Assembly (NCBI GenBank): GCA_028534125.1
Contig: CM052816.1
Location: 76,200,001-76,264,000 of the forward strand
DNA: 64,000 nt
Direction of reading: 5' to 3'
Source: Lama glama
Taxonomy: Eukaryota
The notes beneath the pieces are model-generated. The model was given only the letters and a program-made list of their open reading frames with translations. It searched no databases and had not been told where the DNA came from. Below are positions 49,686-63,339 of this stretch, one piece after another (position 1 is the stretch's first letter; each line of letters opens with the position of its first letter). A program made the translations under genes and the position numbers.

Positions 49686-52600
49686 TAGAGCTTATCAGAA
49701 ATAATTTTTCAATGCTTTTAGTATATTTGAAGGTTTAGCTCAAAATATTCTTCCTCTACTTATTCAACACAGACTTAACCATCGTTTTGATTTTGGAATT
49801 TGATCAACTCTCAAGATATTTGATTTTTGCACACTGATATAAACTGAAATATAGAAAATAATCAAAAAATCTAAAATGTGCCAGTGTATATCTGTATCAA
49901 TTATCCATAAAAATAAGCATTGACTTCCTAAGATAAATAAAATCAGCTGGTACTTATTGAAATTTAAATTACAGACTTAATAAAAGAGATCTGAAAGCAA
50001 TTAGTTTCATTCTACTTGTCTTTTTAAATGCCCATTTCAGGTAAGTTGGGTATACTGATATTAGTTCAGATTTGTCAGCTGGAGAACAAGGGGTATAGAT
50101 CTGCCCTCTCATCTTCTGGATTCCCAAACTCTCCAACACTCACATCTTCAGTCATGAGACGTGCTCTCCCTAGGGTTACCATAGTTTCTTGTGTATCTGT
50201 TATCAAACTCCTCTACATTCCTCTTGGCAACAAAAATCTTTGTCTTCTCCATGTTGGTATCCCCAGCTTGGTGTCTAGAATGCAGAGGGGCTCAATAATA
50301 CTGCCTTGTCTTGACTTATTTGTTTGCAGTTACTCTCATCTCTGGAATGCTTCTGATTTTCTTAGGCTTGCCTCTAGCCAGTATTCCATAGACACCCTCC
50401 CAAGGTTTTTGTGGTCTTGTGGTTCCACATGAGGAAGTTCTTAGAAGATAAAACATCTTTTACTAAGTCTTTGTTTCACCATTGCCTATCATAATGCCTG
50501 GTTCATAGTAAGAATAAACGTTTGCTAAGCTGAACTGAATCTTTCTACACTAGAGAACATGTTCAAGAACTTTTTAAGTTAAAAAAATAGATATAGTCAA
50601 TGTGATGGAATGGTTGCAAAGTTGATTTGAACTCAGTAGACTCAGGTGGAAGATTTTCTAAGATTAAATATCTTTGAATAAAACAGACTTTATTTGGGAT
50701 CTCCAGAATTGCATTTTCCTTGAAAAAGCACAAGAAAACATCAATTTTATGATTACCATTTTTTATATTAGTTTACACTTTCTCTTTCCAGATTAAAACA
50801 GAGGGTTAATACAAAGTACTTTTCTTAGGAGTAAATGCCTATTGAGTACATATAAATTATTAAATATTATTTAGAAGACATTAAAATGATAGAATAGAAA
50901 TGTATATTCCAATTTTGGAAATACATATTTAAAATACTATATATTAGTTTTTCAAAATTATTTCTTCACATTCAAATGCCTATGTTTTAAATTATGAAAC
51001 AACAATAAAAAGTAATACAATACTAGTAATTTAAAACAAAGTCAGCATGTCGAAACAATAGACCTTTCTCCATGTTATGAAAATTAGGAGCCACTAATGA
51101 AAAGCTGCTGAAATAATTTGAGCACATGGAAACCCTGAACTTCTGGCTCCTTTAAGTTCCAGTTTGAAAACTCTTTATTTAGGAAGATAATTAATCACAA
51201 CTGTCATGAGGCATTTGAAAGTCAGTACCAATCTACAGCAATCAATAAAGGGAACACATTTCTGCTGAATAAAAAACTGATCATAGACTACTGAAATCTG
51301 TTACCATCCAAGTGAAAGTGTATAATTATTACCATCCAATGCATGGTTAACTATTTCAGTTGTGTAATCTAGTGGGCAGTTTGATGATACATTTTGGAAA
51401 AAAATCAATTTAACTTATTTTAAAATACTTAGATAATCTTAAAATATCTAAGGTTTACTTTTGAAAGAATATGTGTGCGATTGTTAGCTTTAGTGCTAGG
51501 TGTCTCTAAATAAAAAGCAAATTAATCAATCAATTAATCAAGAACACATTTCAACTACAATTTTCTAATATGAAAATCTTCAGGTGGCTTCAAGTGTAAG
51601 TAGTGTTAGCTTAGAGTTATATGCTATGGAAAAGTAATTGGACATTTGATTTTAATCTTATTTTCTTAATATAATATTCTGACTTGGTATTTCTGCTTGA
51701 TGAAGTTTGCGGTTTCGGGGGTATTTTTCATTTACTTTGAGGATAGAGCATCCTATTTAGAAACAAAGTCATCATGCTTCACATGTTGACTAGCAAAAAA
51801 AAAAATACTTTAAACTAAGACTTCTCATTTGAATAGGAATTTCAGTTTCCCCAAATTAAGGACAAATCCTCTTTTAATATTTGTGTGAATTATTGAAGAC
51901 TTGGATGCCAAATACATTTTTGAAAGAAAATTATTGAGTTATTTCAATAATTGGAATCACTTGAAAGTGGGAGGTAACCATTTCAGAATAGATCTGCTTC
52001 ATCGTAAAATCATGTAAGTTATTGGAAATGATACTCTAATGATTTTTCAGTCATTACATTTGTCAACTAAAATGCATCTACACTGTTTCAATGTTTAATT
52101 GTCTCCTTTGTGGAACTCTCTATGTGGTAACATGTAACCGAGTTTTTCCCAGAATTTTGAAATTTGAGGTTGATTGTCATATCTGTCATAGCCAATTCTA
52201 TGAGGCTAACAGAACTACCTCTTTGCCTTGGTCCTGCTGTAACATCTTCAGAAATGATGGTGATGATAGTGAGCAAAGCCTCTTGGCTTTGCTATGAGGA
52301 TTAGTTATAATAACATTAACAGTCAGAACGGCAGTATGGTACCAACAGCTTGTGTGGTCAAGTTGTAATGGGTCGGGCAGCTGGAAAATAATAATCCAAA
52401 GGCCTATTTGCCTACATCCTTTGGCATGTCATGGCAATTACATGGCATTACATATGCTGACAAATTGAGATGATTACTATATTTTTATTATGAAAGAGAG
52501 AAGGATCTATGGCATTAGAGATGGGGAAAAGGTGAATTGAGCAATCATTCCTCTCCTACTGGACTTTAGCCTGAGAAATTTTTATTTCTAATAAAGCAAG

Positions 52601-54344
52601 CACTGGAAATATTTTGCAACTTTTGCAACTTGGATGTGTTTACTTGAGATATTTAAATTAAAACCACAGACTTATTACAGATTTTGCATTGCTTTTTTAG
52701 AAGTTATTATTTTCTCCTAGTGAACTGATTTCTGAATAAATTAATAAGGCAAATACAAAACTGTTTTGTAAGGTAATTCTTGAAATGTTCCACTTAGGCC
52801 ATTTGAATTAATTCAGAATTTGTTTAAACCCTGGTAGCTAGTGGGAACTGTCTTTTCTTTACCTCAACACCTTTTATAAGAATGTTTTACAGCACTTACT
52901 TTCAACCAGAACTGAATATGCCCTTCATGTTCTTAATGTGATGTAAATACAGTTTGATTCATTTTGGATCCTAAATTGCTAGATTTGGATATAGTGTATC
53001 TATAATTAAATTCCTAGAGGCAGATAGTGGATATATTCTCCCTATGGAATGCCTGCAAGGCCTTACAAAATAAAATCCCAAAAACTTTTTAAATGAGAAT
53101 TATTTATATTTACATCCTCATTATTTTCTTTCAAATTATGAGATGTTCATACTGTGCTTTGAGTAGAATCTCATAACTGTATTTGAAAAGTGCATAGTTA
53201 AACTCTCTTTCTGATGGTCATCCTAGAAATGATGGGTATTTTTAATTCAACTAGGTCTAACTCAACTGTTTTGATTTGTTTTATTTTATTTTTTGGTACA
53301 TGAGTAAATTAAATTTCACTAATTTAAATATTATTTTCTTTTACTTTGCCTTATTCTAGAATAATTTCAAGCAGTTACCCAAATGCACACAAACAAGATC
53401 AAAAACATCAGGGAGGGAGGGACTAAAAAGTACACTAATAAATCTAGGTAAATGAAAGTGAGAAAAATAAGATGAAATTAAGGGTATGTGTAGTAAACAC
53501 GGCATTCATTGCGAAGATATTTTCTAGTGATAGGAAACAGATACATCTTAAACTTTCTTGCAGATCATGAAACACAAACTCATGGTTGTTTAACTGTTTC
53601 AAAGTGTCCATTTAATAAGAACAAAGCAGTTAATCAGAAGGATAAAACAATTCTCCATAATGAATCTAGAGAAATATTTTTTATTTCACTCTCAGAAAAA
53701 AATTATGGCATGATGTGTTAAATAGCATTTTCTACAACATTCTTTCAATGAGTACAAAAGTGTGTTGCAGGAAGCTGTTTTTTATAACGTCCCTCAAAGT
53801 AAATTAGAGGCATCAGATCATAGAGTAATTCATGGGGAAAAAGAATAAGTAAAAAGATTGTACAGGATGGGAAAACAATGTGCAGTTGTCTCACAGTCTG
53901 GCTTGATTCATGGAAAGAATAGTGCAGTTAGAGAAATTTATCTCTATAGTCACCACCTGATCTCAAAATGTCTTAAGGCACATCATACAGTGCTCTACAC
54001 ATAATAAGAATCTGATATCAAAGTGAAGAAGTAGTGAGTACAGTTTTTAATTGTCTGTTTACTTTAAGTATACTCGTTTTGAAAAGTTTAAAAATTAATT
54101 TAGGACTGTGTAAAATAAAAAGTTGAAATCTCTCCAATTCTTATTCTCAATTCCCAGAGTTAACCCTCTTAACTATTTTAGGTCTATCTTTTCAGAGCAT
54201 TTTTCAAAAGTAAAATCTATTTAACTCTATTTAATTTTTAATAAAGTGGAATACCATTATCCTTTTTTTGTTGTTGTTGTTATTGTTAACAGTATATTCT
54301 AGACTTCTTCGGTGTCTTCCTGGATTCCCCATACCTTTTCTAAA

Positions 54345-54530
54345 GCTGAACAATTTATTATCTGTGTGAGTTGGACAAGTTACTTAATCACTCTGCATTT
54401 TATTTCCTCATTTGAAAGATGCGAATAGTTTATAGAAGTATTATATGGATTAAATATGATAATACATATGAGACATTATAACAATGGCTGGCACTATAGG
54501 CCACTCAAAAGTGTTGTTGTTGTTATTGTT
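54345..54530 (+). mobile_element. MIR SINE
   Basis: tgtgtgagttggacaagttacttaatcactctg...ttcctcatttgaaagatg...ggattaaatatgataa. Confidence 0.75.
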
Positions 54531-54669
54531 ATATAGTTTATTATTTTTCAAACTGCATTATGGGGCTATACTATAATTCATGTTCTATTTAATCATTTTC
54601 ATATTGCACAGTTTTTATTTAATCATTTCATATTTTATATTAAATTGGACACTGAAATAGTGGAAACTG

Positions 54670-55040
54670 TAATTTTTTATTATAAGAATACTTCATATAA
54701 GTTCTACCATTTTAACAAATTTTAAGTGCACAACATGGTACTGTTAACTACAGACAGTGTTGTACAGCTGACCTCCAGAGATTATTCATCTTGCATAACT
54801 GAAACTTTATGCCCACTGAGCAGCAACTATTCATTTCCCCTCCCCTTAGCCCCGACAACCACCATTTCTCCTCTCTGCTTCCGTGAATTTGGCTCTTAGA
54901 TACCTCATGTAAGTGGAGTCACACAGTAATTGTCTTTCTCTGTCTTGCTTACTCACTTAGCATAAGGCCCTCCAAGTTCATCCCACATTGTCATATATGG
55001 TAGGATTCCCCCCCCCTTTTTTAAGGGTAAATAATAGTCA
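54670..55040 (-). mobile_element. L1MB-like 3' fragment flanked by an approximately 25-bp direct repeat
   Basis: acaaattttaagtgcacaaca...ttattcatcttgcataactgaaacttta...tagatacctcatgtaagtggagtcac. Flanks attggacactgaaa(a)tagtggaa at about 54644-54665 and 55040-55062. Confidence 0.85.
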
Positions 55041-55896
55041 TTGGACACTGAAAATAGTGGAAGCTAGATTTTGAACTATAATATACAGTAAGAAGATTTT
55101 GAAAGTTTGAAAAAGTGATAGCAGCTGATTTGAAAAGAGTGGGGAACAAACCAGGAATTGTTTTGGAAGAGAATGGCTGCAAGTCCAGTGGGAGACAGAA
55201 GGGCCTTGACCAGGGGATTCTCCAGGTTCCTGGAGTGCAGTTTCCTGATTCTCAGAGTAATCATAGAATTAACTTTCTGGGAGAAAGGGTTGTATTTTTT
55301 TCCTTAAAATCCCTATATCTAAGAAATGTCACAATTTTAATTTTAGCACCTAGAAAAAATTTATGGAAAGAACAGAGAAGTAGCTGCCACTGGCTCCACA
55401 AAGACTGAGCAGGGGAAAGTATACAATTAAATCAAACAAATAAAAAACACCCACAGCTTAATTTCAAGCATTTATGGACCCTCCCTTTACTAATGAACCA
55501 TGGACAATCCATTATTAGTGCCCAGTGCAGTTTGGCACAAAATTTAATTGAAGGCATTAGAGGGCTCTGCTAATTCCCTGCTTATATTTCAGGGCTCCTA
55601 ATGTGGCTTTCAAGAAACTAGAGCAAACTGATTGATTTCAGGGTGGAATTTACTTGCCTCGAGCACTGAGCTTAAACTGTCTGGGGTTGGGAGAGAAACA
55701 CACTGGAAAAGATACGCCGATGTGGTTTTGGTAAGTTGCTGTGGGCCTCGGATTCATGCTCAGCACTCTCTCACGTTACTCAAAGCTGACTAGCCAATTT
55801 AGTGAACTACAAATACTAATCATTACTCTTTATTGAGCCCTAATTATGTGCCAGGCATTACGCTAGATGCTTTACAATCCTTCCCACTAATATTCA

Positions 55897-56287
55897 TGCA
55901 TTCGATTGAATAGTGTCCCCTCAAAATTCCTGTCTACGCAGAACCTCAGAATGTGACCTTATTTGGAAATAGGGTCTTTGAAGATGTACTTAAGATGAGG
56001 TCATACTGGATTAGAATGGGGTCTAATCCAATGACCAGTATCTTTATATGAAGAGAAAACAGAGGCACAGAGAAGAATGTCAGGTGGCAATAGAGGCAGA
56101 GGTTGGAGTGATGACATCTACAAGCCAAGGTTCACTAAGGATTGCCAACAACCTCCAGAGGCTAGGAGAGAGGCGTAGGACAGTTTCTCCCTCATAGCCT
56201 TTAGAAAAACCAACCCAGCTAGCACAGTTCTGGTCTCCACCACCAGTGTGTGATAATTTCTTATGTCTGCCTTAGGAAACTAATATA
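55897..56287 (+). mobile_element. MLT1B/C-like MaLR solo LTR inserted in a MIR
   Basis: ttgaatagtgtcccctcaaaattc...gaacctcagaatgtgaccttatttggaaatagggtctttg...gatgaggtcatactggattag...caagccaagg...ggaaactaata. MIR-like sequence lies at about 55820-55895. Confidence 0.88.
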
Positions 56288-57364
56288 ATTCACATTAACA
56301 ATTCAAAGTAAGTGTCAGTGTCTCTTTTGATCAAATTTTAAAACATCACCTGATTCTAAGACTTGTGCTCACTCCACTGTCTTTTAGTCAATCTCCTTAA
56401 ACAGTACAACATAATAATTAGGTGGGCCAATGAAAAACATTTTTTAAAGAGTTTATAATAATTGACACACATTTTTTCATTCGAGTTCCAAGAGGAGCCT
56501 CTCCATCTTGAAGGTCACTGCTAGTTCAAGGTGGCTTTGACTACCTTGCCAAAACCTGTGACCTAGAGCATAGCCCAGCAGAGATGGTTTTGGTGATTTC
56601 TGAACCAAAGGAAGGCTTTAATGCTTGGGGAAAGTTAAGGATGTTGGAAGACCATGCAATGTGAAGAATGTATACATTCTTCATCAGATGTCCAGAATAA
56701 TCTATCATATGTTACAAGGAATGACTGGGAATCCAACATTGAGAGCCCTTCTGCTAAAGCCAAGGAGTCTGTGGATTACCATGCACAGAGTTGGGAAGAA
56801 AGTCACAAGAGAAGTTGTATTATCAACATGAGCACTGGGTCATGTGCAGTTCATGTGTAGGGTAGAACAGAAGGAGCCAAGACTGGAGGTTTGACTTGGT
56901 TAAAGGAACAAAATAGGCCATGTGGCACTTTGAAAAAAAGTCACAAGAAGGAGCTGGTCTGGGAAGGACTGTGTGAGTTACATATATCCTGAAGGAGATG
57001 CCTTAACCTAGATTCGTGTTGAATTGGAGGGTGAAGATAGCCAATAAGTGTGCAGATCAGGGTCAAGTGATTCAGGACAGATGGGCAGATATAAACCAAA
57101 TAGATGAAATCTATGGCAGGTGTCAGATATCAGAATTCAAGTTAAAGTCATAGGAACAATTAGGATAGCCCATTTTTCATTACCTTGCAAAGTTGTGGGG
57201 TTTTAGTAGGAACTAAGAGGGTGTTTCACATATTGAAGGGGTCTCTACAGGCGATAGAAAGCTTATTCCCAGTCCTTCCCCATTGTAGAAATGTTGTGTT
57301 AATTATATGAGGGCTTAAACTATATTAACAGTTTGTAAATGTCTTAACCTCCCTATCTGAAGCT

Positions 57365-57864
57365 NNNNNNNNNNNNNNNNNNNNNNNNNNNNNNNNNNNN
57401 NNNNNNNNNNNNNNNNNNNNNNNNNNNNNNNNNNNNNNNNNNNNNNNNNNNNNNNNNNNNNNNNNNNNNNNNNNNNNNNNNNNNNNNNNNNNNNNNNNNN
57501 NNNNNNNNNNNNNNNNNNNNNNNNNNNNNNNNNNNNNNNNNNNNNNNNNNNNNNNNNNNNNNNNNNNNNNNNNNNNNNNNNNNNNNNNNNNNNNNNNNNN
57601 NNNNNNNNNNNNNNNNNNNNNNNNNNNNNNNNNNNNNNNNNNNNNNNNNNNNNNNNNNNNNNNNNNNNNNNNNNNNNNNNNNNNNNNNNNNNNNNNNNNN
57701 NNNNNNNNNNNNNNNNNNNNNNNNNNNNNNNNNNNNNNNNNNNNNNNNNNNNNNNNNNNNNNNNNNNNNNNNNNNNNNNNNNNNNNNNNNNNNNNNNNNN
57801 NNNNNNNNNNNNNNNNNNNNNNNNNNNNNNNNNNNNNNNNNNNNNNNNNNNNNNNNNNNNNNNN
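57365..57864. other. Assembly gap (500 N)
   Basis: Run of N. Confidence 1.
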
Positions 57865-60124
57865 AAAAAAAAAACCCTCATTGTTTGATATTTGCATTAT
57901 TAAAACTCTTATTATGATCCATTACATTAATTCTGAGAAATAGTTTGTTACACCTTATTGGGGATGAGTATTTTACGTACCTTTGGAATTTTTAAAGCAT
58001 TTTAGAATTTCTTTTGGGATATTTCAGAGTAAGACTTCAGAATGCTTCAAACATTTAGGAAATTTTTCTATGATGAGACTAGATTTTTTAAAAAGAAAAC
58101 ATATGTTGTAATACAATTTTTAAAATGTATTTACATTTTATGTAAATGAATTCTAATTTATTCACATTTTATATATGTTTCTTACTGTATGATTCAGATA
58201 TTAGACGCCAATAGTATATATTTTAGTCTGGATTCATAGGGGAAATATGATGAGAAGGGAAAAATTAATGTAGGGAGACATATGAAAGATGGCACCTGGA
58301 GAATTAAAAGCTGTACACATACACACGTAAAATCCATAGTTCCTGAATAACTCAACATGTACATTTTAGCTCTTACAAATGTCTTCCCTCTGTTCCTCAG
58401 TAGGTAGGGTGGTAAATGTTTGAACTCCAAATCTAATCCTCAAAATCATCTCCCTCTATGTATAACCTTCACCGAAATCCTGTTAATGAAATGATAGTTC
58501 TAGTTGGTAGTTTGTTTTAAATTTGCTCTGATAAAGTCATATAATCTTACTCTCATGCTATTTTTAAATATGTGCTCATCTATTTAATCCATTGAACTCA
58601 ATTCCTGTCACAGTGGACCCTGCTTAAAGATTAAAAAGATCTATAATAGTTCTAACCTTAACACTGATTAACAAGATTCAGTAGTACCACATGAAATATG
58701 TTACCTTCTAGAGGAAGGATTCGTTTGAGTATAGGATAATTTGCCTAGTCTTTTAACCTGCAGTTTTATTTTTGTGAGCCACCACAAAACACTTTATAAA
58801 CGGCAACTTGCAAAGAACATGGGCACAGGTTCGATGAGAGAAAACAAGATGGCTTCCTGGGAACGGAACATGAGTAGTGGCTTGACTCATATCAGGCGCC
58901 AGAGCAAATATGAGTCCACAGAATGAAAAGGGCTGTGTCTGACTCTGAATTGTTGTTATAGTCATTGTAGCATAACTCTTTGTTCACCAAGCAAGACGTA
59001 AACTGTTCAAATTGACTGGATGTGTTACTTATTGGAACTAGGCAAAGGGCTTAAAATTCAAGCTATTTCCTCGTGCAAAGGCTTGACTGTGCTATTCATT
59101 TTCTGAGATAAACATCCTTCAAATTGTTGACAATTTGCAAAATGTGAAGGGTGTCCTTTTGGATCTGGGGACACATAACTGTGGTTTTGAATTCTCTTTC
59201 TATTGCTTAGGTGTATATCCTTGGACAGTTTTAAAAAGCTTAGGTGTATATCGTATATCCTCTGAGTCCCAGTTTCCTTATCATTGAAATCACTGGTGTC
59301 TGTCTTATGAGGGTGGTTGTGAAAATTAATTGAAATGACGCAAATAAAACCTCCAGTAGACTGTGTGGGAAGGAGCACCAAAAGGAATAGGCAGAGAAAT
59401 TTGAGACTGCAATGAGCCAGGAGATTGTACTGCCCTTATGTGCTCTCACTGAACCCCATGCCTAGCCGATTCTAAAACTTACATTCTGGACTGTACTTTT
59501 TGGCTTCTCTCTCTAATGTCAGCAAGGAACTTCTTAGAGGAAGGCACTGTCTTTTTAAAATTTTTTATTCCAGAATTTGGCACAACTGACTGATAGTCTT
59601 TATTAAATGTTTGTTGGATGAATAGAAGAATGGCCTCAGAGACACTGACCTGAGAGAGATTTTGTCACTAGAGTTAGTTGAGTCTTGGGACAACTGATCC
59701 ATGGATAAGCTGTAAGCTATTAATCTCAGCTGCTCTTTTAGCAACCCTAGATTCATGTGAGAATTATTCTTTTAAACTACAGATTTCAAGAACTGGGGAT
59801 CTATGAAATGGTAGCTTTAACAAGCTCCCTAGGTTATTTGGATATGCAGTCATATTTTTCTTTGGCAATTCTAAAGCTCTTGGCAGTCTTACTCATGACT
59901 CAACACAAGTTTAGTATTAGAGTGCCCAAAGTGAGCTAATCAGGTCCCAACAAGTAGGCAGAGGACAACCCAGGCCATCAAGAAAGGGGATTCTGAGAAA
60001 TCTAAGCAGGCATGTATGCGATAATCATCTTGGCTGGTGCTTGCCAAACGTATCTGATCATTTGTATCAGGACAGGAAACCAGAACAGAAATCTGAAAAC
60101 AAGCTGGCAAGGCTGGACTCCTAC

Positions 60125-60305
60125 CCACTAGTTGGCAAGTAACTCAATCTTTTATACCCCAGCTTCCTCATCTGTGAATAAAGATAATCATGTTTCTACC
60201 TTATAAGGTTGTGTGAAGACTAAATGAGGTAACTATACAAAGCACAGTGCTTGGTATAAGTATGTGTTCATTTTATACTCATATCATCACCATCATCATC
60301 ATCAA
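60125..60305 (+). mobile_element. MIR SINE with a (CAT)n tail
   Basis: ggcaagtaactcaatct...cagcttcctcatctgtgaa...ggttgtgtgaagactaaatgag...gcacagtgcttgg. Confidence 0.75.
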
Positions 60306-63300
60306 CATCAGCTTTTCAGGACCAAACAAATCCTATCTTCTTTATGAGTTCTTACCTGACTTTTCCAGTTCATAAATATGTACCTCTCTTTGAAACACCT
60401 TAACATATAAAGTATGAAGTAATTTGAGCATTTAGTTCTATACTCTTTTGTATAATATTTTCACTAATAATTTTCTTATTCTCAGATCTTTATCTTCTGA
60501 AGCAAAACATATGCTTACTGATAATCTGTAGCAAATACATCTGTGTTGGGCTGAATATACAGTAGATTTCAAAAGCGCATGTTAGATGAACAATTCTGTT
60601 CTACAGAACAATGCCAGTTACAGCCAACTCCCACTGGAACATTATAGAATATCATCAACAACAATCAAAATGGAGGTAATTCTGGTCACTTTGTAGCTTG
60701 TGCTCCTCAAATTAATTCCAACCACTGGAACATAGCAAGAGAAAATGCTTTGGTTAAAAAGAAAAAAGACCATACACATGTTTTGAGGTCAGAATTCTAA
60801 ACACTGGTTACATTTCTGCATTTTACAGGAGAACTCTGTATGGGGATGTTGGATTGTACAAGAATGAGACAAATGAATCCACTTGGCCTCATTTAACTCC
60901 AAACTTACTGGCTCTTAAACACAGCTGAAGAAAGTTTCATTATTATTTTTCTTTCTGAGACATTTTATCAAAAGTGGATCTAAAATAGATAGTAGTGTTC
61001 ATTGGCTTTGAAACAAGTTGAGGTTTCCCTAATTTATGTATACAGGTATACATAAATATATAGTACAAACATAGTAACAAAAAGTAATTTTAATTCCATG
61101 AATTAATTATGCTTGCTTTACTTTGTGTAGTATAGAATAGAGGAATTAGGAATTGCTTAATTGTGTTTTTTTAATTTGCTTTGTGTTTGATCAGAAAATT
61201 TTGAAAATGTATGGAATATTTAAAAATCCTAATGATAAAGGTATGTTAGTTGTGAAAAAGGGGGAAAAATGGAAAAATGGAAAAATTTCACCTGTAATCA
61301 CAGTTGTAAATATTTGAATATTTCTATCAGTATTTTCCCATGCCTGCATCCTTTCTCTCTCTCTCTCTTCATACACACAAAGTCACATGTAAAAATTTCA
61401 CCAGTTACAATCATATAACGTGAAATTCCTGATTTTTCATTTAACATTCCTGCCCTTCTATGCCAGGATAGATTAAAAGGAATAATCTATATTGCTGAAA
61501 TTCTGTATAATGTTTAAATATGCATCCCAGAATGCAATCAGATTTTAAAAGGCATATGGGCCGTGGGGGGTTTCCTTAATTTCATACCTACATATAACCT
61601 ATAGCTACATTTTATCTAGATCCTCTTCATGTATGATTTTTAGATTAAATGTTTTTCAGATTTATTTTTTGGCTTAATCCAAGTTTTAATTTTAAAACTC
61701 ATCCACAAAGGTAAGCAAAAACTAAATTTGCCATATGGCTGCCTCTAATTACTTACATTTTTTTCATAGCTTTTTCTGTAAGAATTATAATACAGTAAGT
61801 ATTTACTAAACATTGCACCAAAACAGTTTGTGAGATAAAACCAGAAATCACTTTTGTTCCCAAAATGCATCTGCCCATGAACATTTTAAAAGCTCCTACC
61901 CCTCCTAGCGGAAATTATCTTTTCTATTTACTAGTCCCTCGAAATAATGTATATGTATGTATATTTTGACTCCTCTGCCTCTGTCTGACCATATACTGTG
62001 TATATTATGCTGTCCCAAAGTCAGAGTATGTCTGTACTGATTGCTGATACTGAAATACTCTCCAGCTGGTAAGGAGCCGCACTGATGAGACCTTTGCCAC
62101 AGTCTTGCTGGGGAGGCTTGACACCTGGCAGAGCAAAGGCCTCTGGGACCTGCTCCTCTTCTACAACTGACACCTAGTGCTGTGCTGAATGGCTTCTTCC
62201 ATGTCTGTAATCTCCCCCTCTCTCAACATACTAAGAACGGGGAAGCATAACATTCACATGAGGTTAATCCTACCCTAAAAATTTCTGTATATGGCTTAGC
62301 AAACTTTTAGCAATTTTAATGATTTAAAATTATATATAATATGGTTTATAAATGTATCTTTAGATGTGAAATCCAAGGACCCATATGACATATTAATTAA
62401 TAGCTCTAGCTATGTACACTAAACTAAGGAGACAAAGTTCCAGCAATCCAGCCATCACATTGAAGGATGAGACTGGCAGAGGGCCGGATCAGAAAGATCT
62501 CAAGATAGCTAAAACTCATGTTGGAAAAAAATAAGGAAGGCACCTTGTTTTTAGAAGTCAAAATACCAAATAGATAATAATTCTTGAAGGATGTATAATT
62601 GGGTCCTGAACTTAGGGTTGAAATCTATAGCCAGCTTTTGGAAAATAGGAGAAGTACTTGGGAAACAGAGGGGAGGGGTAGAACAGGGGGGAGTTGGCAA
62701 GGATTGTTACTAGTTGCGCATTATGATTTGTTGACTTGTAAGATTTTTAGAGGTTTGGAAGACAATCAGCCAAGGCTGGATGCCGTCAAAAAGGTTTCCT
62801 AGTAGAGCTGGAGTAAACCCAGAGACACCCCCTGGCCCCACCCAGTGTTCTGGCAGAGCCCTGTGCTCTGCTCGACCCTGAGGGGAGTGGGAGACTTCCA
62901 CTGGAGGGGGGAACCAACTGCCACTCCCTCCTCCCCAAGCTGTTCAGATAAGACATTCTTTCAAGCATTCATTGAAGTTCATATTTTGTATTTTTAGTTT
63001 GAAATCCAGATACATTCAACAGAAGTCAAATCCAAATATTTGGCATTCTGAGTTCTGGAACTGGAAGATTCCTCAAGTTCAACTGTATATATCTCTGTCT
63101 CCTGTGAAGACTTCATCTACTTAAACTTTCTCAAAGGGGAACAGTTTTGCCTTTTTAATTTAGCAGGACGAGGATTCTACAAATACTTCTGTCTATTTGA
63201 GATTAATTATTTTCATTCTCCAACAGTTCTTTTGCATGTCTAACCTCATTATTTTGTTTTGATTGTACCCTTTATCTCTTTGGTCCTATCTATCTTGAGA

Positions 63301-63339
63301 TAAAGTAATATAGAACGTTTCATTACATATTCAATTCAG

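Noticed and set aside
52255..52300. Box C/D snoRNA suggested by GTGATGA plus a hairpin
   Set aside because: No box D (CTGA) at a suitable distance and no terminal stem.
57315..57897. ORFs of 188-190 aa spanning the second gap
   Set aside because: Almost entirely X residues from Ns.
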